Part shown: positions 19,514 through 30,352 of the stretch, piece after piece
How the letters are laid out: every line of letters begins with the position of its first letter
How positions within the stretch are numbered: position 1 is the first letter of the stretch
Assembly (NCBI GenBank): GCA_965223665.1
Contig: OZ245011.1
Span: 2,528,001-2,592,000, forward strand
Reading direction: 5' to 3'
From: Nitrospinaceae bacterium
Lineage (GTDB): Bacteria > Nitrospinota > Nitrospinia > Nitrospinales > Nitrospinaceae
Length of the DNA stretch: 64,000 nucleotides
Made by a program: the position numbers and the translations under genes
The notes under the pieces: model-generated
Database searches by the model: none
The model's input: only the letters and a program-made list of their open reading frames with translations
Told to the model about the DNA's origin: nothing

Positions 19514-21034
19514 ATGGAAACAGAATATCGACATTTAAAAAATGTATTTAAAAATTTTAAGGAACCTGTCCTAATCTGTGACCCTGTCCATAAAAATATT
19601 TATTACGCCAACCCTTCAACCAGCAAACTCTTTGGATTTTCTGAAAAAAAATTCTCAACAAAAAAATTAACGGATGTCTTTAATATTGAATCCAAAGAGA
19701 TAAACGACTTCTTAAAATCCGTAAGTAATAAAAAAACAGATTTTTCTAAAACCCTGCAATTAAAAACAAAGTCAGGAAAACCGGTTTCATGTAATGTTTC
19801 GGGTTGCTTAATAGAAAACAGCCAAAATGAACTAATTCTTTTGTCTTTAAATAAAATTGAAAGCGGATTGGAAATTGAAATTACCGAAAATTATCTCCCG
19901 GTGAAAAAGCTTGAAGAAGGTCGCAAAGTTTTTTTTGATATGTTAGAAAATTTACCCATCGCATTTCATTTACAAGCACCTGATCATTCGGTTCCGTTTG
20001 CAAATAAAATGTTTCGTGATCGATTTGGGTCCCCAGGAAATAAACATTGCTTTGAATTGATGCATAACCGAAATGAACCTTGTCAATTTTGTCCGACTTT
20101 TCGAGTATTTGACTCTCATAAAAATGAAGTCTCTAAGTGGTCCGCAATGGATGGTCGTACTTATTTAACTGTCTGCACTCCCTTTAAAGATGAAAAAGGT
20201 AATCCCCTGGTAATGGAAATGGCCATGGATATTACCGAACAAGAAAATGCTAAAAAAGAGGCTTTAATTGAAAAACGAAAAGCAGAACAAGCTAATAATA
20301 TTAAAGCGGATTTTCTTGCAAGAATGAGTCATGAGCTTAGGACACCTTTAAACGCTATTTTAGGTTTTGGTCAGCTTTTAGAAATAGAAACAGATAATTT
20401 GACAACTCAGCAACATAATTTTATTACGCACATTTTAAAATCAGGACGACATCTTTTAAGACTAATTAACAATATATTAGAATTAACTTTAATCGATGCT
20501 GGAAATTTAGAATTGTCACCAACACATTTTTCATTTGATAAACTCATTGATGAAATTATTTCAGAAATAAAGGAATTATCTGGTGGAAATAAAGTTTCAT
20601 TCACACTCTCAGAGAATAAAAACGATATTAAACTTTTTGCAGATAGATATCGATTGAAGCAAATTCTTCTTAATGCTTTAAGAAACGCAATTAAGATAAT
20701 GGAAGGTGACGCCCATATCAAAATAAGTTGCGAACCTCATAAAAACAAATGGATAAAGATAGTAATTCAGGATATGCGCGGTAATACCTTGATAGAAAAG
20801 CTAGAAAAACATTTTCAACCTTTAAATCAATTAGGGTTTACTTCCAATGGAAGTTTTGGATTGGACGCAGAAATGACAGTTTGTCTACACCTTATAGAGT
20901 TAATGGGTGGTTCCATTTATTTTGAAAAAAGAAACGATCCTAGCAACGCCTTGATCCTTCAAATTTTAAAAGAGAACAGTATGATTCCTGAAAATATTGT
21001 TCGAAACAAGAATCGAAAATTTAAAAAAGTCTAA
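19514..21034 (+). CDS. PAS-domain sensor histidine kinase with a degenerate ATPase domain
   Basis: Two PAS-like regions (one with C-x10-CxxCP), H-box MSHELRTPLNAILGF, N-box QILLNALRNAIK; G boxes altered. Confidence 0.85.
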   Translation: METEYRHLKNVFKNFKEPVLICDPVHKNIYYANPSTSKLFGFSEKKFSTKKLTDVFNIESKEINDFLKSVSNKKTDFSKTLQLKTKSGKPVSCNVSGCLIENSQNELILLSLNKIESGLEIEITENYLPVKKLEEGRKVFFDMLENLPIAFHLQAPDHSVPFANKMFRDRFGSPGNKHCFELMHNRNEPCQFCPTFRVFDSHKNEVSKWSAMDGRTYLTVCTPFKDEKGNPLVMEMAMDITEQENAKKEALIEKRKAEQANNIKADFLARMSHELRTPLNAILGFGQLLEIETDNLTTQQHNFITHILKSGRHLLRLINNILELTLIDAGNLELSPTHFSFDKLIDEIISEIKELSGGNKVSFTLSENKNDIKLFADRYRLKQILLNALRNAIKIMEGDAHIKISCEPHKNKWIKIVIQDMRGNTLIEKLEKHFQPLNQLGFTSNGSFGLDAEMTVCLHLIELMGGSIYFEKRNDPSNALILQILKENSMIPENIVRNKNRKFKKV

Positions 21035-21161
21035 ATAAAACCCACAAAAAGTAAAATTTCCATCCCCCATCCTATCTAATTTGAAGAAATTAACTTTTTA
21101 AAAAATATTTCTCAGTCGAATTCTTAAATTATCCAAAATTGATCAAAGTATAATGATTAGA

Positions 21162-22577
21162 TTAGCTTTTAAATAATTCCATTGCTCTTTTGCGCTGCAT
21201 GGAATGAACAACTATAGGGTTAGGGTAATCATCGCCTAAAATACAATTTGCTTCTTTTTGTTCTTTCAATTTGGAATTATGAGGCCAATGGATAAGTTTG
21301 TTAGAGAATCGTGCAATTTCGGGGAGAAATTTTCTGATAAATTTTCCTTCAGGATCAAATTTCTTAGACTGAGTCACCGGATTAAAAATTCGAAACCAGG
21401 GTTGAGCATCACATCCTGTTGAAGCACACCATTGCCATCCCCCGTTATTGGCAGCAAGATCAAAATCCAATAGATTTTTTGCAAAATATTTCTCCCCTTT
21501 TCTCCAGTCTACCAGCAAGTCCTTAGTTAAAAAGGAAGCAACAATCATTCGAAGACGATTGTGCATCCAACCGGTTTGATTAAATCTGCGCATCGCAGCA
21601 TCAACAATCGGAAACCCGGTTTTTCCATCACACCATGCTTTAAAATTTTTTGTCGTTCCTGGCCATTGAATTCGATCGTACTCTCTTTTAAAACATCCAT
21701 TAACTACATAAGGGAATTTGTCAATTATCATTTGGTAAAACTCTCGCCAGATTAATTCTGACAACCAAGTCTGTGCACCCAGGTTCGAGTCTCCATAAAC
21801 TTTTCGAACTAAAGAACGAATAGATAAAGTTCCAAATCGCAAATGAACCGATAGCTCGGAAGTACTGTTGGGAAGTGAAGGATAATCACGGTAATTGTGA
21901 TAATTATTTATCTGTGGCAAATATTTTTTTAATTTTTTTTGACCCGCGTCTTCGCCAGGAACCAGCCATAAAGCCACTTTATCAAAACCTAATTTTTCTA
22001 AAGACCAGTTTCCAAAAAAACTACTTAAATCTTTTTCAGGAATTAATCCATCCAGTCTAGGTTTGAATTCAATAAACTGGGAAGGATCAATAAAATTGAG
22101 CCAGGCATTTTTATAAGGAGTAAATACTTTATATGGATTCCCAGATTTTGAAACCAACTCATCTCCCTCAAAAATGACCTGATCTTTAAAATCAAAAAAC
22201 TCAATTCCTATTGAATTACATGATGCCTGAACTGCTTTATCCCGTTGTTTAGCGTAGGGTTCATAGTCCCTATTTGTAAATATCGCCTGAGCTTTAATTT
22301 GATTGGCAAACTCTGGAACTTTAATTACAGGATCACCATGAAGAACCACTAAAGCCGAACCTCTACTTTGAAGTTTCTGATTGATTTCCTTTAAGCATTT
22401 AAAAATAAATGTCATTCGCCGGTCATTTTTATTTAATTTCTTTAAGATTGTAGTATCAAATACAAAAACTACCGCTATCTTTTTAGATTGTCGTGAAGCC
22501 TGATAAAGAGCCACATGATCTTTTAATCTGAGATCTCTACGAATCCAACAAATGGATTTTTCATATTTTATGGCCAT
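21162..22577 (-). CDS. phrB: Deoxyribodipyrimidine photolyase
   Basis: WIRRDLRL.DH, TSELSVHLRFG, ELIWREFY, TGFPIVDAAMR, GWMHNRLRM, NNGGWQW. Confidence 0.95.
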   Translation of the reverse strand: MAIKYEKSICWIRRDLRLKDHVALYQASRQSKKIAVVFVFDTTILKKLNKNDRRMTFIFKCLKEINQKLQSRGSALVVLHGDPVIKVPEFANQIKAQAIFTNRDYEPYAKQRDKAVQASCNSIGIEFFDFKDQVIFEGDELVSKSGNPYKVFTPYKNAWLNFIDPSQFIEFKPRLDGLIPEKDLSSFFGNWSLEKLGFDKVALWLVPGEDAGQKKLKKYLPQINNYHNYRDYPSLPNSTSELSVHLRFGTLSIRSLVRKVYGDSNLGAQTWLSELIWREFYQMIIDKFPYVVNGCFKREYDRIQWPGTTKNFKAWCDGKTGFPIVDAAMRRFNQTGWMHNRLRMIVASFLTKDLLVDWRKGEKYFAKNLLDFDLAANNGGWQWCASTGCDAQPWFRIFNPVTQSKKFDPEGKFIRKFLPEIARFSNKLIHWPHNSKLKEQKEANCILGDDYPNPIVVHSMQRKRAMELFKS

Positions 22578-22604
22578 GATTTTTTTGCAAACAATATTTT
22601 TAAT

Positions 22605-22991
22605 TTAATAATAAGTGTAAAAGGCTTTTTTCAATATTAAGAAAAAAGGAACCCACCAGATTAAATCGTTAAATATAATATGAATCCCAAAAATTAATGG
22701 AAGTTCTCCGGTGATAAGTGCTCCTATAAACCCTAAAGGTCCCAGAACCTTTCCCAGGAATCCTACCAAGACAATGCGCCAATGAAGAACGGGATTACTG
22801 GCAGCCAGCCAATAGGCAACACCATAAACGCCAACAATCATTCCTATACATTGCCATAGTGGCGGGTACAAAGGGGCGGCCATATCTAAAGCTATAAAAC
22901 TCTCTTTAGGAAATACAATAGCAATGGCACCCCAAAGAAAATTATAAATAGCCGCAGAATATAAAATGATTTGCATTGTTTTGTGTGACAT
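22605..22991 (-). CDS. Small four-TM membrane protein
   Basis: AAIYNFLWG, WQCIGMIVGVYG, GKVLGP, NDLIWWVPF; same strand and between blc and phrB. Confidence 0.7.
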   Translation of the reverse strand: MSHKTMQIILYSAAIYNFLWGAIAIVFPKESFIALDMAAPLYPPLWQCIGMIVGVYGVAYWLAASNPVLHWRIVLVGFLGKVLGPLGFIGALITGELPLIFGIHIIFNDLIWWVPFFLILKKAFYTYY

Positions 22992-23055
22992 GAGGTCATT
23001 ACCGAAAAAAATGAATAGACAATATATGGAAGAAAATTTGGATAGGCACTTTCAT

Positions 23056-23610
23056 TTACAATTGAGGTGTCAAAATTAAATAGGACAAGTCGAACCCTTG
23101 CTTCCGGAGGTTTGCTTTCAATTCTTCCAGAGTTTTTGACGACATTTTGGGAGAACGGCTTAGAATCCATAAATATTGTCGGTTAGGTTCGCTAACAACA
23201 GCATATTGATAGTCCTCATCCAACTCAATAATCCAATAATTACCTTTAAATGGCCAAAAAAACTGAACTTGCAGCTTAGCCTTAGTTAATTTGTCGGCTA
23301 CCGTGGCTCGTCCCACGGCATCAATTAATTTTCCATCAAAACTGTTCTTTCGGCATTTATTAGTTACTTTGATACTCTCCGCATCAATTTTTTCGTAAAA
23401 GGCCGTGGCTGCATAACAGCCTTTTTCAAATGAATGAGGATACCTGGCAATCTCATACCACTTCCCTAAGTACCTTTCGAGATCCACAAAAGAAACTACT
23501 TGTAATTCGGGAGAACTATTTCGAGGAACAGTCGAGCACCCCATCCAAAATAACAGGAGAACAGTAATCAACGCCAGAACTCTGAGTCGATTTTTATTTT
23601 TCTGGATCAT
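23056..23610 (-). CDS. blc: Outer-membrane lipocalin lipoprotein
   Basis: Lipobox-like WMGC, VDLERYLGKWYEIAR, FFWPFKGNYW, YLWILSR. ATG at 23610 follows GGAG. Confidence 0.9.
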   Translation of the reverse strand: MIQKNKNRLRVLALITVLLLFWMGCSTVPRNSSPELQVVSFVDLERYLGKWYEIARYPHSFEKGCYAATAFYEKIDAESIKVTNKCRKNSFDGKLIDAVGRATVADKLTKAKLQVQFFWPFKGNYWIIELDEDYQYAVVSEPNRQYLWILSRSPKMSSKTLEELKANLRKQGFDLSYLILTPQL

Positions 23611-23978
23611 AAGACTCCAATCCTTCAGTGGTTGCTTTTGGCGCAAATCATAATCATCCACAAAATTTTATTATATTATTTAAATAAAATAACATTATTT
23701 TCATTTTCTGGTTTAACTTCGGTTTTGTTATTAATTGGCTTATTTGACTTTGCCAAGCTCCTTATACACGCTTGCACCCGCTATTTGGATGGATGCACAA
23801 CCTATTTACAGCCATATTAAAAGTAAACGGGTTAATACCATTTAAAATTTTAGGGAAAAAAGTAAACCAGGGCCAATATTAGTCCTTAAAAAAACAGAAA
23901 GATAAAGGAAAAATTTAAAAATACCCTTCATAATGAGGGTGAAACTGGAGGAATTATGAGACCAACTTATTTATTGTT

Positions 23979-24491
23979 TTATTTACCGCAACATTTTTTG
24001 AATTTTTTATTGCTTCCACAAGGACAAGGATCGTTACGGCCTACTTTGCTTTCTTTTCGAACAAAAGGTTTTTTAGGAAGGGTTGAGGAGGAGGATACAA
24101 CTTTAGGTTTTGATTGCTTACCATAATAATACCACCGACCATTTTCTTTTAAGAATTTTGAAGTTTCTTCGAGGATTTGTTCTTCGTTATCTTTTTCGTA
24201 ATAAGCAGCAAAGGTTACCTCGCCAGCCTTATCTTCTGATGATCCATTTTTAGAATCAAATATTTCTAACTTTTTCCAATGCACCCCTTCATTGGCAGCA
24301 TCTAAATCTTTAATATTGTTTCTTTCTTCAGGGTGGGTAGTTTGTTTAATGTAATCCCATTCTTGCATAACATAAGCGGAGTAACGTGAACGCATCAGGT
24401 CTTCCGCGGTATCTGCAACCGTTGCTCCTCGAATCAGTGGCCCACAGCAGTCTGTATAAGGAAATACCGATCCACAAGGACATTCTTTCAT
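23979..24491 (-). CDS. YchJ-family protein with SEC-C motifs
   Basis: CPCGS...[16 protein letters not shown]-terminal [18 protein letters not shown]. Confidence 0.9.
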   Translation of the reverse strand: MKECPCGSVFPYTDCCGPLIRGATVADTAEDLMRSRYSAYVMQEWDYIKQTTHPEERNNIKDLDAANEGVHWKKLEIFDSKNGSSEDKAGEVTFAAYYEKDNEEQILEETSKFLKENGRWYYYGKQSKPKVVSSSSTLPKKPFVRKESKVGRNDPCPCGSNKKFKKCCGK

Positions 24492-24677
24492 AAATTCCCC
24501 CTATTCATGAATCAAAGAATATCCGCTTCAAAGATCAATTAAAAGATTTTTTTTGTTTTATATGAAAAAGTGTTTAAATAAATTAACTATTTGGAAAAAT
24601 CTATCAAATTGAAAAATCTCCTATTAACAAACTCATTTATTGAAAGTGATTCTAAAATAAATAAAGGTCAATTTCAT

Positions 24678-27600
24678 TTATGGCAAAGTATAAATGATAG
24701 TCAGTTTAGGCCTCCATGTTGAAGCTTCCCGGGAATCAAAAATCATTCCATTGACAGATCCATCACTCCGTATAACAAATCCATTATTATTTATGCCACC
24801 ATCAATCCAACCCTGCACTAAATCTATTCCGTCTTGATTAAGATCAATAGTAGTTTCATTGAGGGCATCCATAGCTACCGTCCCCAAAACCGTTGCGCCA
24901 ATTGTGGAAGAGTCACTAAATGTATTCCAATTCACTGTGCCTTCACTCCAGCCTGTTTGAGCCTCATAAAAAAAGCTTTCTCCTGAACTACTGTTAAAAA
25001 TATCTATTGTAATACTTACGGATTGGACAACTGCATTGGTAGGAATTGAAGAAATATCCCAGGAAATAACCGAAAATAATTCTCCAAATGCTCGAGTTTC
25101 CGTGTTACGTTCTCGTCCATCTGACCACAGCTCTACATCTGCGCCCTTATTGGCAGTTGGATCGGCTTCATCAAGGTAAGAATCTTCCGTTCCTGCATAT
25201 CCTGAATCCGGTTCTACACCATCTTGAAAGCTTACAGTTACAGGACCGCCGGACGATTCTTCAACCGTCACACTCTGGGTATCCGTTCCTGTATTCCCCG
25301 CCGCATCCGTCGCACTCCAGGTCACCACAGTCGTGCCTAACGGAAAGGTCGCTGGCGCATCATTCGTCGGAGTGATCGAACCATCTACCAGGTCAGTTGC
25401 TGTCCCTGTACCCAAATTCGGAGTCGTATCCGTTGTCGTGATATCTGCAGGGGCTGTCACTGTCGGCGGAGTCGTGTCTGTCACCGTCACGTTCTGGGTA
25501 TCCGTTCCCGTATTGCCGGAACTATCCGTGGCACTCCAGGTCACAATCGTCGTCCCTACAGAAAATCCACCCGCAGGTGCATCGTTCGTTGGAGTCAATG
25601 AACCATCCACATCGTCATTCGCGGTACCCGTGCCTAAATCTACTGTGGTTGTCGGCCCCGTCGCTTCCATCGTCACATCTGCAGGCGCCGTCACTACCGG
25701 TGGTGTGGTATCTCCACCCGTAGAAACCGTGTAAGTAATTGTCAACTTGGGCCGGGTTGTCGCTGTCGTTGCTTCACTGGAATAAGCCCCCACACCATTA
25801 TTACTTCCTGCAGTTTTGAGAACCAAACCATTGTTAGAGATGCTTCCATCAATCCAACCCTGAACTAAACTCAGACCCTCAGCCGTTAAACTCACTTCGG
25901 TTTCATTGAAGGAAAACCCAGGTACCGTGGCGATAGTATTGGTACCTACATTGGTAGAACCTCCACCAAAGCCGTCCCAGGTTACTGTATTTTCATCCCA
26001 GGAAGTGAGCGCTTCAAAGAAATTATAATCACCAGAACTGGCGTCAAAAAAATCCATGATAATGCTCGCCGATTGGACCGTAGCATTGGTTGGAATACTG
26101 GAGACATCCCAAACCACAACCGTCATCACTTCTCCAAACAACCCATTATCCGGATCCTGCGCCACTCCATCAGAAAGCAATTGGGAATTAGAACCTTCAT
26201 TAACGTTCGGAGATGTTTCACGTAAATAACTGTCTTCCGTTTCTGCATATCCGGAATCCGGTTCTACACCATCTTGAAAGCTTACAGTTACAGGACCGCC
26301 GGACGATTCTTCAACCGTCACACTCTGGGTATCCGTTCCTGTATTCCCCGCCGCATCCGTCGCACTCCAGGTCACCACAGTCGTGCCTAACGGAAAGGTC
26401 GCTGGCGCATCATTCGTCGGAGTGATCGAACCATCTACCAGGTCAGTTGCTGTCCCTGTACCCAAATTCGGAGTCGTATCCGTTGTCGTGATATCTGCAG
26501 GGGCTGTCACTGTCGGCGGAGTCGTGTCTGTCACCGTCACGTTCTGGGTATCCGTTCCCGTATTGCCGGAACTATCCGTGGCACTCCAGGTCACAATCGT
26601 CGTCCCTACAGAAAATCCACCCGCAGGTGCATCGTTCGTTGGAGTCAATGAACCATCCACATCGTCATTTGCGGTACCCGTGCCTAAATCTACTGTGGTT
26701 GTCGGCCCCGTCGCTTCCATCGTCACATCTGCAGGCGCCGTCACTACCGGTGGTGTGGTATCTCCACCCGTAGAAACCGTGTAAGTAATTGTCAACTTGG
26801 GCCGGGTTGTCGCTGTCGTTGCTTCACTGGAGTACACTCCCATACCGTTATTGCTACCTGAAGTTTGAACAATAATACCGTTATTCGAAATACTCCCATC
26901 TATCCAGCCCTGAACAAGATCAATGCCGGTTTGATTTAAAGTGACAATGTTTTCATTAAATATTAATGGTGGTATCGATCCCAAAATCGTACTGCCAATA
27001 GTAGTGGAATGATTTATTATATTCCAGGTAACTTCCGGTTCCGTCCAATTCGCATCCACAGAATATAAGTCATGAGCCACCGGAGAATCATTAAACACAT
27101 TAAACGAAACATCTACTGAACTGATCACGGCATTAGGTGGTATAGCCGAAAGATCCCATTTCGTGACAAATGTTAACTCACCATACCGACCTGTATCCGG
27201 ATCCTGTGATACCCCATCTCCCCAAAGTTCAGTATCGTCTCCTAGGTTTTTATGAGGAGAAGTTTCAGTTAAAGTAGAATCCTCCGTCCCAAAATAAAAG
27301 GCACTTGGCTCCACCCCATCCTGGAAACTAATGGTGTTTGGGCTGGTAGCAGTGGGAACTCTTACTGTTACATTTTGCGAATCGGTTCCCGTATTACCTG
27401 CCGCGTCCGTTGCGGTCCAAATTACTATAGTGGTTCCCAAAGGAAACCCACCTGCCGGTGCGTCATTGGTTATGGAAGCTACACCAATATCATCCACTGC
27501 AGCAGCGGTTCCTAGAGACACAGAAGTTTGATCCCCAGTAGAATCCACCACTACATCCGGTGGAGCAATGATTGATGGAGAAATACTGTCTGCACCGGTT

Positions 27601-29852
27601 GGCAACGTATAAGTCACAGACAACCGCGGACGGGTGTCCGTTTGCCTGGAAAAAAACCGAATGGCGTTCCACCAGTCAGGATGCTCGCCTGGACCAGCAT
27701 TCTGCACCGCCAATCCATTATTGGTAATGCTGCCATCCACCCAACCCTGAATTACACTAATTCCTGCAGCATTCAATGGAATTGTGTTCAATGCAAACTT
27801 CTGGGGTGTGATGGTTCCCATGATCGTGGAACTTACATTGGTGGTTCCGCCTAATGAATTCCAGGTCGCTCCTGTTTCTGTCCATGAAGTCAATATTTCA
27901 TGCAGATGATAGGAAGTTTCACTACGGTTAAATAAATCAAAATACACGGTCGCCGATTGAATCGTCGCATTCGATGGAATGGAGGATAAATCCCAGGACA
28001 CCAACACCAGAGCATCACCTTCTATCGTATTTTCAAAAGGTCCGTGTGCAATCAGTTCTGCTTTCCCACCATAATTCGTATCAGGCGCCCCTTCAAAAAT
28101 ATAAGTATCCCGGGTTCCATTGTATCCGGAGTGGGGGTACGTCCCATCCTGAAAGTGTGCTGAATACACAGGCGGATCTACAAAACTCGGAGTAAAACTG
28201 AACTGACTCCCAGGGGCTGGGATCGCTGTATTACTTTCATGATCCTGAACGTTGATCACTGTAAGGTTATACGTCGTTGTGTTACTCAATTCTGAAGTCA
28301 GTAACCTCACGGTTCGATAATCATCCAACAGTTCTGCAGCCGTAATGGTAGCTCCGTTATCTAATACATAGTTAGCAGAATTCTCGGCACTTACTTTTTC
28401 CAGAGGCTCCGAAAACTGTACTTCTAATGTCAACGGATTCGGCGCATACACCGAAAACAACTCCGGAGGAAAGGTATTCAAATCATGAGTAATCGTAAAC
28501 TGGTCTTCGATTTTACCCAGGGAATCGATAAAGATCGCTTCCAGACGATTCTCATACACATCCAATACCATTGAACCTAATTTGTTTAATGAAAGGTACA
28601 TAGCTGGATGATTCAGTAATCCTCCAGAAATTTTGCCTGAACTTCCGGCCACGGCATAAACAGCGCCGTCATTTCCTGCCTTGGTCCCATTTGGATTTAA
28701 TGTTTTAGAATATGCTCCATCTGACATATGCAGCGGTTCGGATTTACCATTCCCACTGTCTAAGGCATGAGTGCCCAGATTAAAAGTCGTCTGATCTCCA
28801 TAATGTCCATTCAGAAAATAAGACCGCTCATAAGAATGACTGTGACCCGACAACACTAAATCCACTCCATTGCTTTCCAGAATAGGAACAATGTTCTCAC
28901 GCATTTCGATTAAAATCTGCTCTGCATTAGAGTTATGAGAACCACGGGTATAAGGAGGATGGTGCCAATACGCAATGATCCATTCCTTATCATTGGCCGC
29001 TAAATCACTTTGCAACCAGGTGATCATTGAGGAAGGCGCTACTCGAGGATGACCAAACGAATCCAAGACAATAAAGTGAATATTGCCGTAATCAAACGAA
29101 TAATACGCCTCAGTTCCCGAGGCCACTCCACCGGCTTCTGCCGCTCGAGGGAGTTGCCAGATGTCAAAATAGGTCCCGGTTTCATTTCCAGACGTTGCAC
29201 TTCGTGCATCATGATTTCCAAACGTTGGCCACACCGATACATTCCTTAAGAATTCCGGATACATTAAAAACACACCATCATGGTGATTACGGTCATTACC
29301 ATCATCATAGGCATTGTCTCCCAGCATCAACCAGATATCCGGATCACGGTCTTTTGTATAATTCTTAAATCGTTCACCCACCACTAGCGCACGAGTGTCT
29401 CCGGTACCAGAATCTCCAACAACCCAGATTCGAGTCGGCTTTGCCGTTCCAGCATTTGGTGGAGTTAAAAAAGTTCCATTATGCTTTGATTCTGTGGAAG
29501 GAGTGGTTGATGTTCCAACTGCATAATAATAACGGGTATCGGCAGTCAAGCTGGTGAGCGTCACTTCATATTCCCTCCAACTTTCAGGACAATAACCGCA
29601 TGACTTGGTCACTGCTGTTGTGTCGGTTTCTATAGTGGTTAAACTTCCCGGAGAGGTTCCAAAATGAATACTGTTATTGAAATCCTCGGAAGCGGGAACA
29701 CGCCATTTTACAATAACGCTGTTTGGAGTAAGAGTTTGAAGGAAGGGACCCCAGTCATTTAAATCTGCTGACGCAGTTTTTCCAAAAATCAAAAAACATA
29801 GGGACATTATTAATGTCCAATGTCGATTTTTTGTTAATTTCAAAAAGGTCAT
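24678..29852 (-). CDS. Secreted purple-acid-phosphatase-like metallophosphoesterase with Ig-like, 4 DNRLRE-like and 5 HYR domains (paralog A)
   Basis: Signal peptide; all five PAP motifs (GDSG, GDNAY, GNHD, HHPPY, GHSH); SFQDG...W.E..TW...NG...PKL modules; DTTPP.VTAPAD...FP.GTT.VTWSATD HYR units. AGGAGG RBS before ATG 29852. Confidence 0.85.
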   Translation of the reverse strand: MTFLKLTKNRHWTLIMSLCFLIFGKTASADLNDWGPFLQTLTPNSVIVKWRVPASEDFNNSIHFGTSPGSLTTIETDTTAVTKSCGYCPESWREYEVTLTSLTADTRYYYAVGTSTTPSTESKHNGTFLTPPNAGTAKPTRIWVVGDSGTGDTRALVVGERFKNYTKDRDPDIWLMLGDNAYDDGNDRNHHDGVFLMYPEFLRNVSVWPTFGNHDARSATSGNETGTYFDIWQLPRAAEAGGVASGTEAYYSFDYGNIHFIVLDSFGHPRVAPSSMITWLQSDLAANDKEWIIAYWHHPPYTRGSHNSNAEQILIEMRENIVPILESNGVDLVLSGHSHSYERSYFLNGHYGDQTTFNLGTHALDSGNGKSEPLHMSDGAYSKTLNPNGTKAGNDGAVYAVAGSSGKISGGLLNHPAMYLSLNKLGSMVLDVYENRLEAIFIDSLGKIEDQFTITHDLNTFPPELFSVYAPNPLTLEVQFSEPLEKVSAENSANYVLDNGATITAAELLDDYRTVRLLTSELSNTTTYNLTVINVQDHESNTAIPAPGSQFSFTPSFVDPPVYSAHFQDGTYPHSGYNGTRDTYIFEGAPDTNYGGKAELIAHGPFENTIEGDALVLVSWDLSSIPSNATIQSATVYFDLFNRSETSYHLHEILTSWTETGATWNSLGGTTNVSSTIMGTITPQKFALNTIPLNAAGISVIQGWVDGSITNNGLAVQNAGPGEHPDWWNAIRFFSRQTDTRPRLSVTYTLPTGADSISPSIIAPPDVVVDSTGDQTSVSLGTAAAVDDIGVASITNDAPAGGFPLGTTIVIWTATDAAGNTGTDSQNVTVRVPTATSPNTISFQDGVEPSAFYFGTEDSTLTETSPHKNLGDDTELWGDGVSQDPDTGRYGELTFVTKWDLSAIPPNAVISSVDVSFNVFNDSPVAHDLYSVDANWTEPEVTWNIINHSTTIGSTILGSIPPLIFNENIVTLNQTGIDLVQGWIDGSISNNGIIVQTSGSNNGMGVYSSEATTATTRPKLTITYTVSTGGDTTPPVVTAPADVTMEATGPTTTVDLGTGTANDDVDGSLTPTNDAPAGGFSVGTTIVTWSATDSSGNTGTDTQNVTVTDTTPPTVTAPADITTTDTTPNLGTGTATDLVDGSITPTNDAPATFPLGTTVVTWSATDAAGNTGTDTQSVTVEESSGGPVTVSFQDGVEPDSGYAETEDSYLRETSPNVNEGSNSQLLSDGVAQDPDNGLFGEVMTVVVWDVSSIPTNATVQSASIIMDFFDASSGDYNFFEALTSWDENTVTWDGFGGGSTNVGTNTIATVPGFSFNETEVSLTAEGLSLVQGWIDGSISNNGLVLKTAGSNNGVGAYSSEATTATTRPKLTITYTVSTGGDTTPPVVTAPADVTMEATGPTTTVDLGTGTANDDVDGSLTPTNDAPAGGFSVGTTIVTWSATDSSGNTGTDTQNVTVTDTTPPTVTAPADITTTDTTPNLGTGTATDLVDGSITPTNDAPATFPLGTTVVTWSATDAAGNTGTDTQSVTVEESSGGPVTVSFQDGVEPDSGYAGTEDSYLDEADPTANKGADVELWSDGRERNTETRAFGELFSVISWDISSIPTNAVVQSVSITIDIFNSSSGESFFYEAQTGWSEGTVNWNTFSDSSTIGATVLGTVAMDALNETTIDLNQDGIDLVQGWIDGGINNNGFVIRSDGSVNGMIFDSREASTWRPKLTIIYTLP
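25204..26831. repeat. Internal direct repeat, about 578 bp x2 (25204-25781 and 26254-26831, offset 1050)
   Basis: Line-by-line comparison; one mismatch noticed (25620 C vs 26670 T). Confidence 0.9.
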
Positions 29853-29941
29853 TATTTTTTCCTCCTTATTCTTAATCCACACATTTCCAACAATTTCCCT
29901 CTTTTTTCGGAAAAGAAATATATTTCAATTTTTTTTAAAAC

Positions 29942-29957
29942 CTACCTTATCAGGTAG
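29942..29957. promoter_or_regulatory. Palindromic putative operator CTACCT-TATC-AGGTAG
   Basis: Perfect 6-4-6 palindrome. ACCT-N4-AGGT recurs upstream of paralogs B and C. Confidence 0.55.
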
Positions 29958-30352
29958 CATAATAATTTCCAACAAAAATACACCTATTTTAGAGTAAAAT
30001 ATGCAAAAATTACCTACTCGAAACATATTCTCAACATATCGGAAAGTTGATAATTTTTTCATGTTTTTCATCTGAACTTTTAGTTGGGAATTGCAATAAA
30101 GAGGAAAAAATCTTGGAGAAGATACGAAGAGGAAATTAAAGCCTAACTTATATTGATAAGGCAGACCTGCTTAAACTTTTTCAATAATTTTTGATTCTAT
30201 CTTAGAATTAAAATCTTCCAATGCTTTTGGAGGGTAATGAGAAAGGGAAAGATTTTTCAGAATAGTTTGTTATTCAAAATTCAAATTTATTATCCACACC
30301 TGAGATGTTTGGTGAATTTTGATATATTCTTGTTAAAGTAAGAATCCTATAG

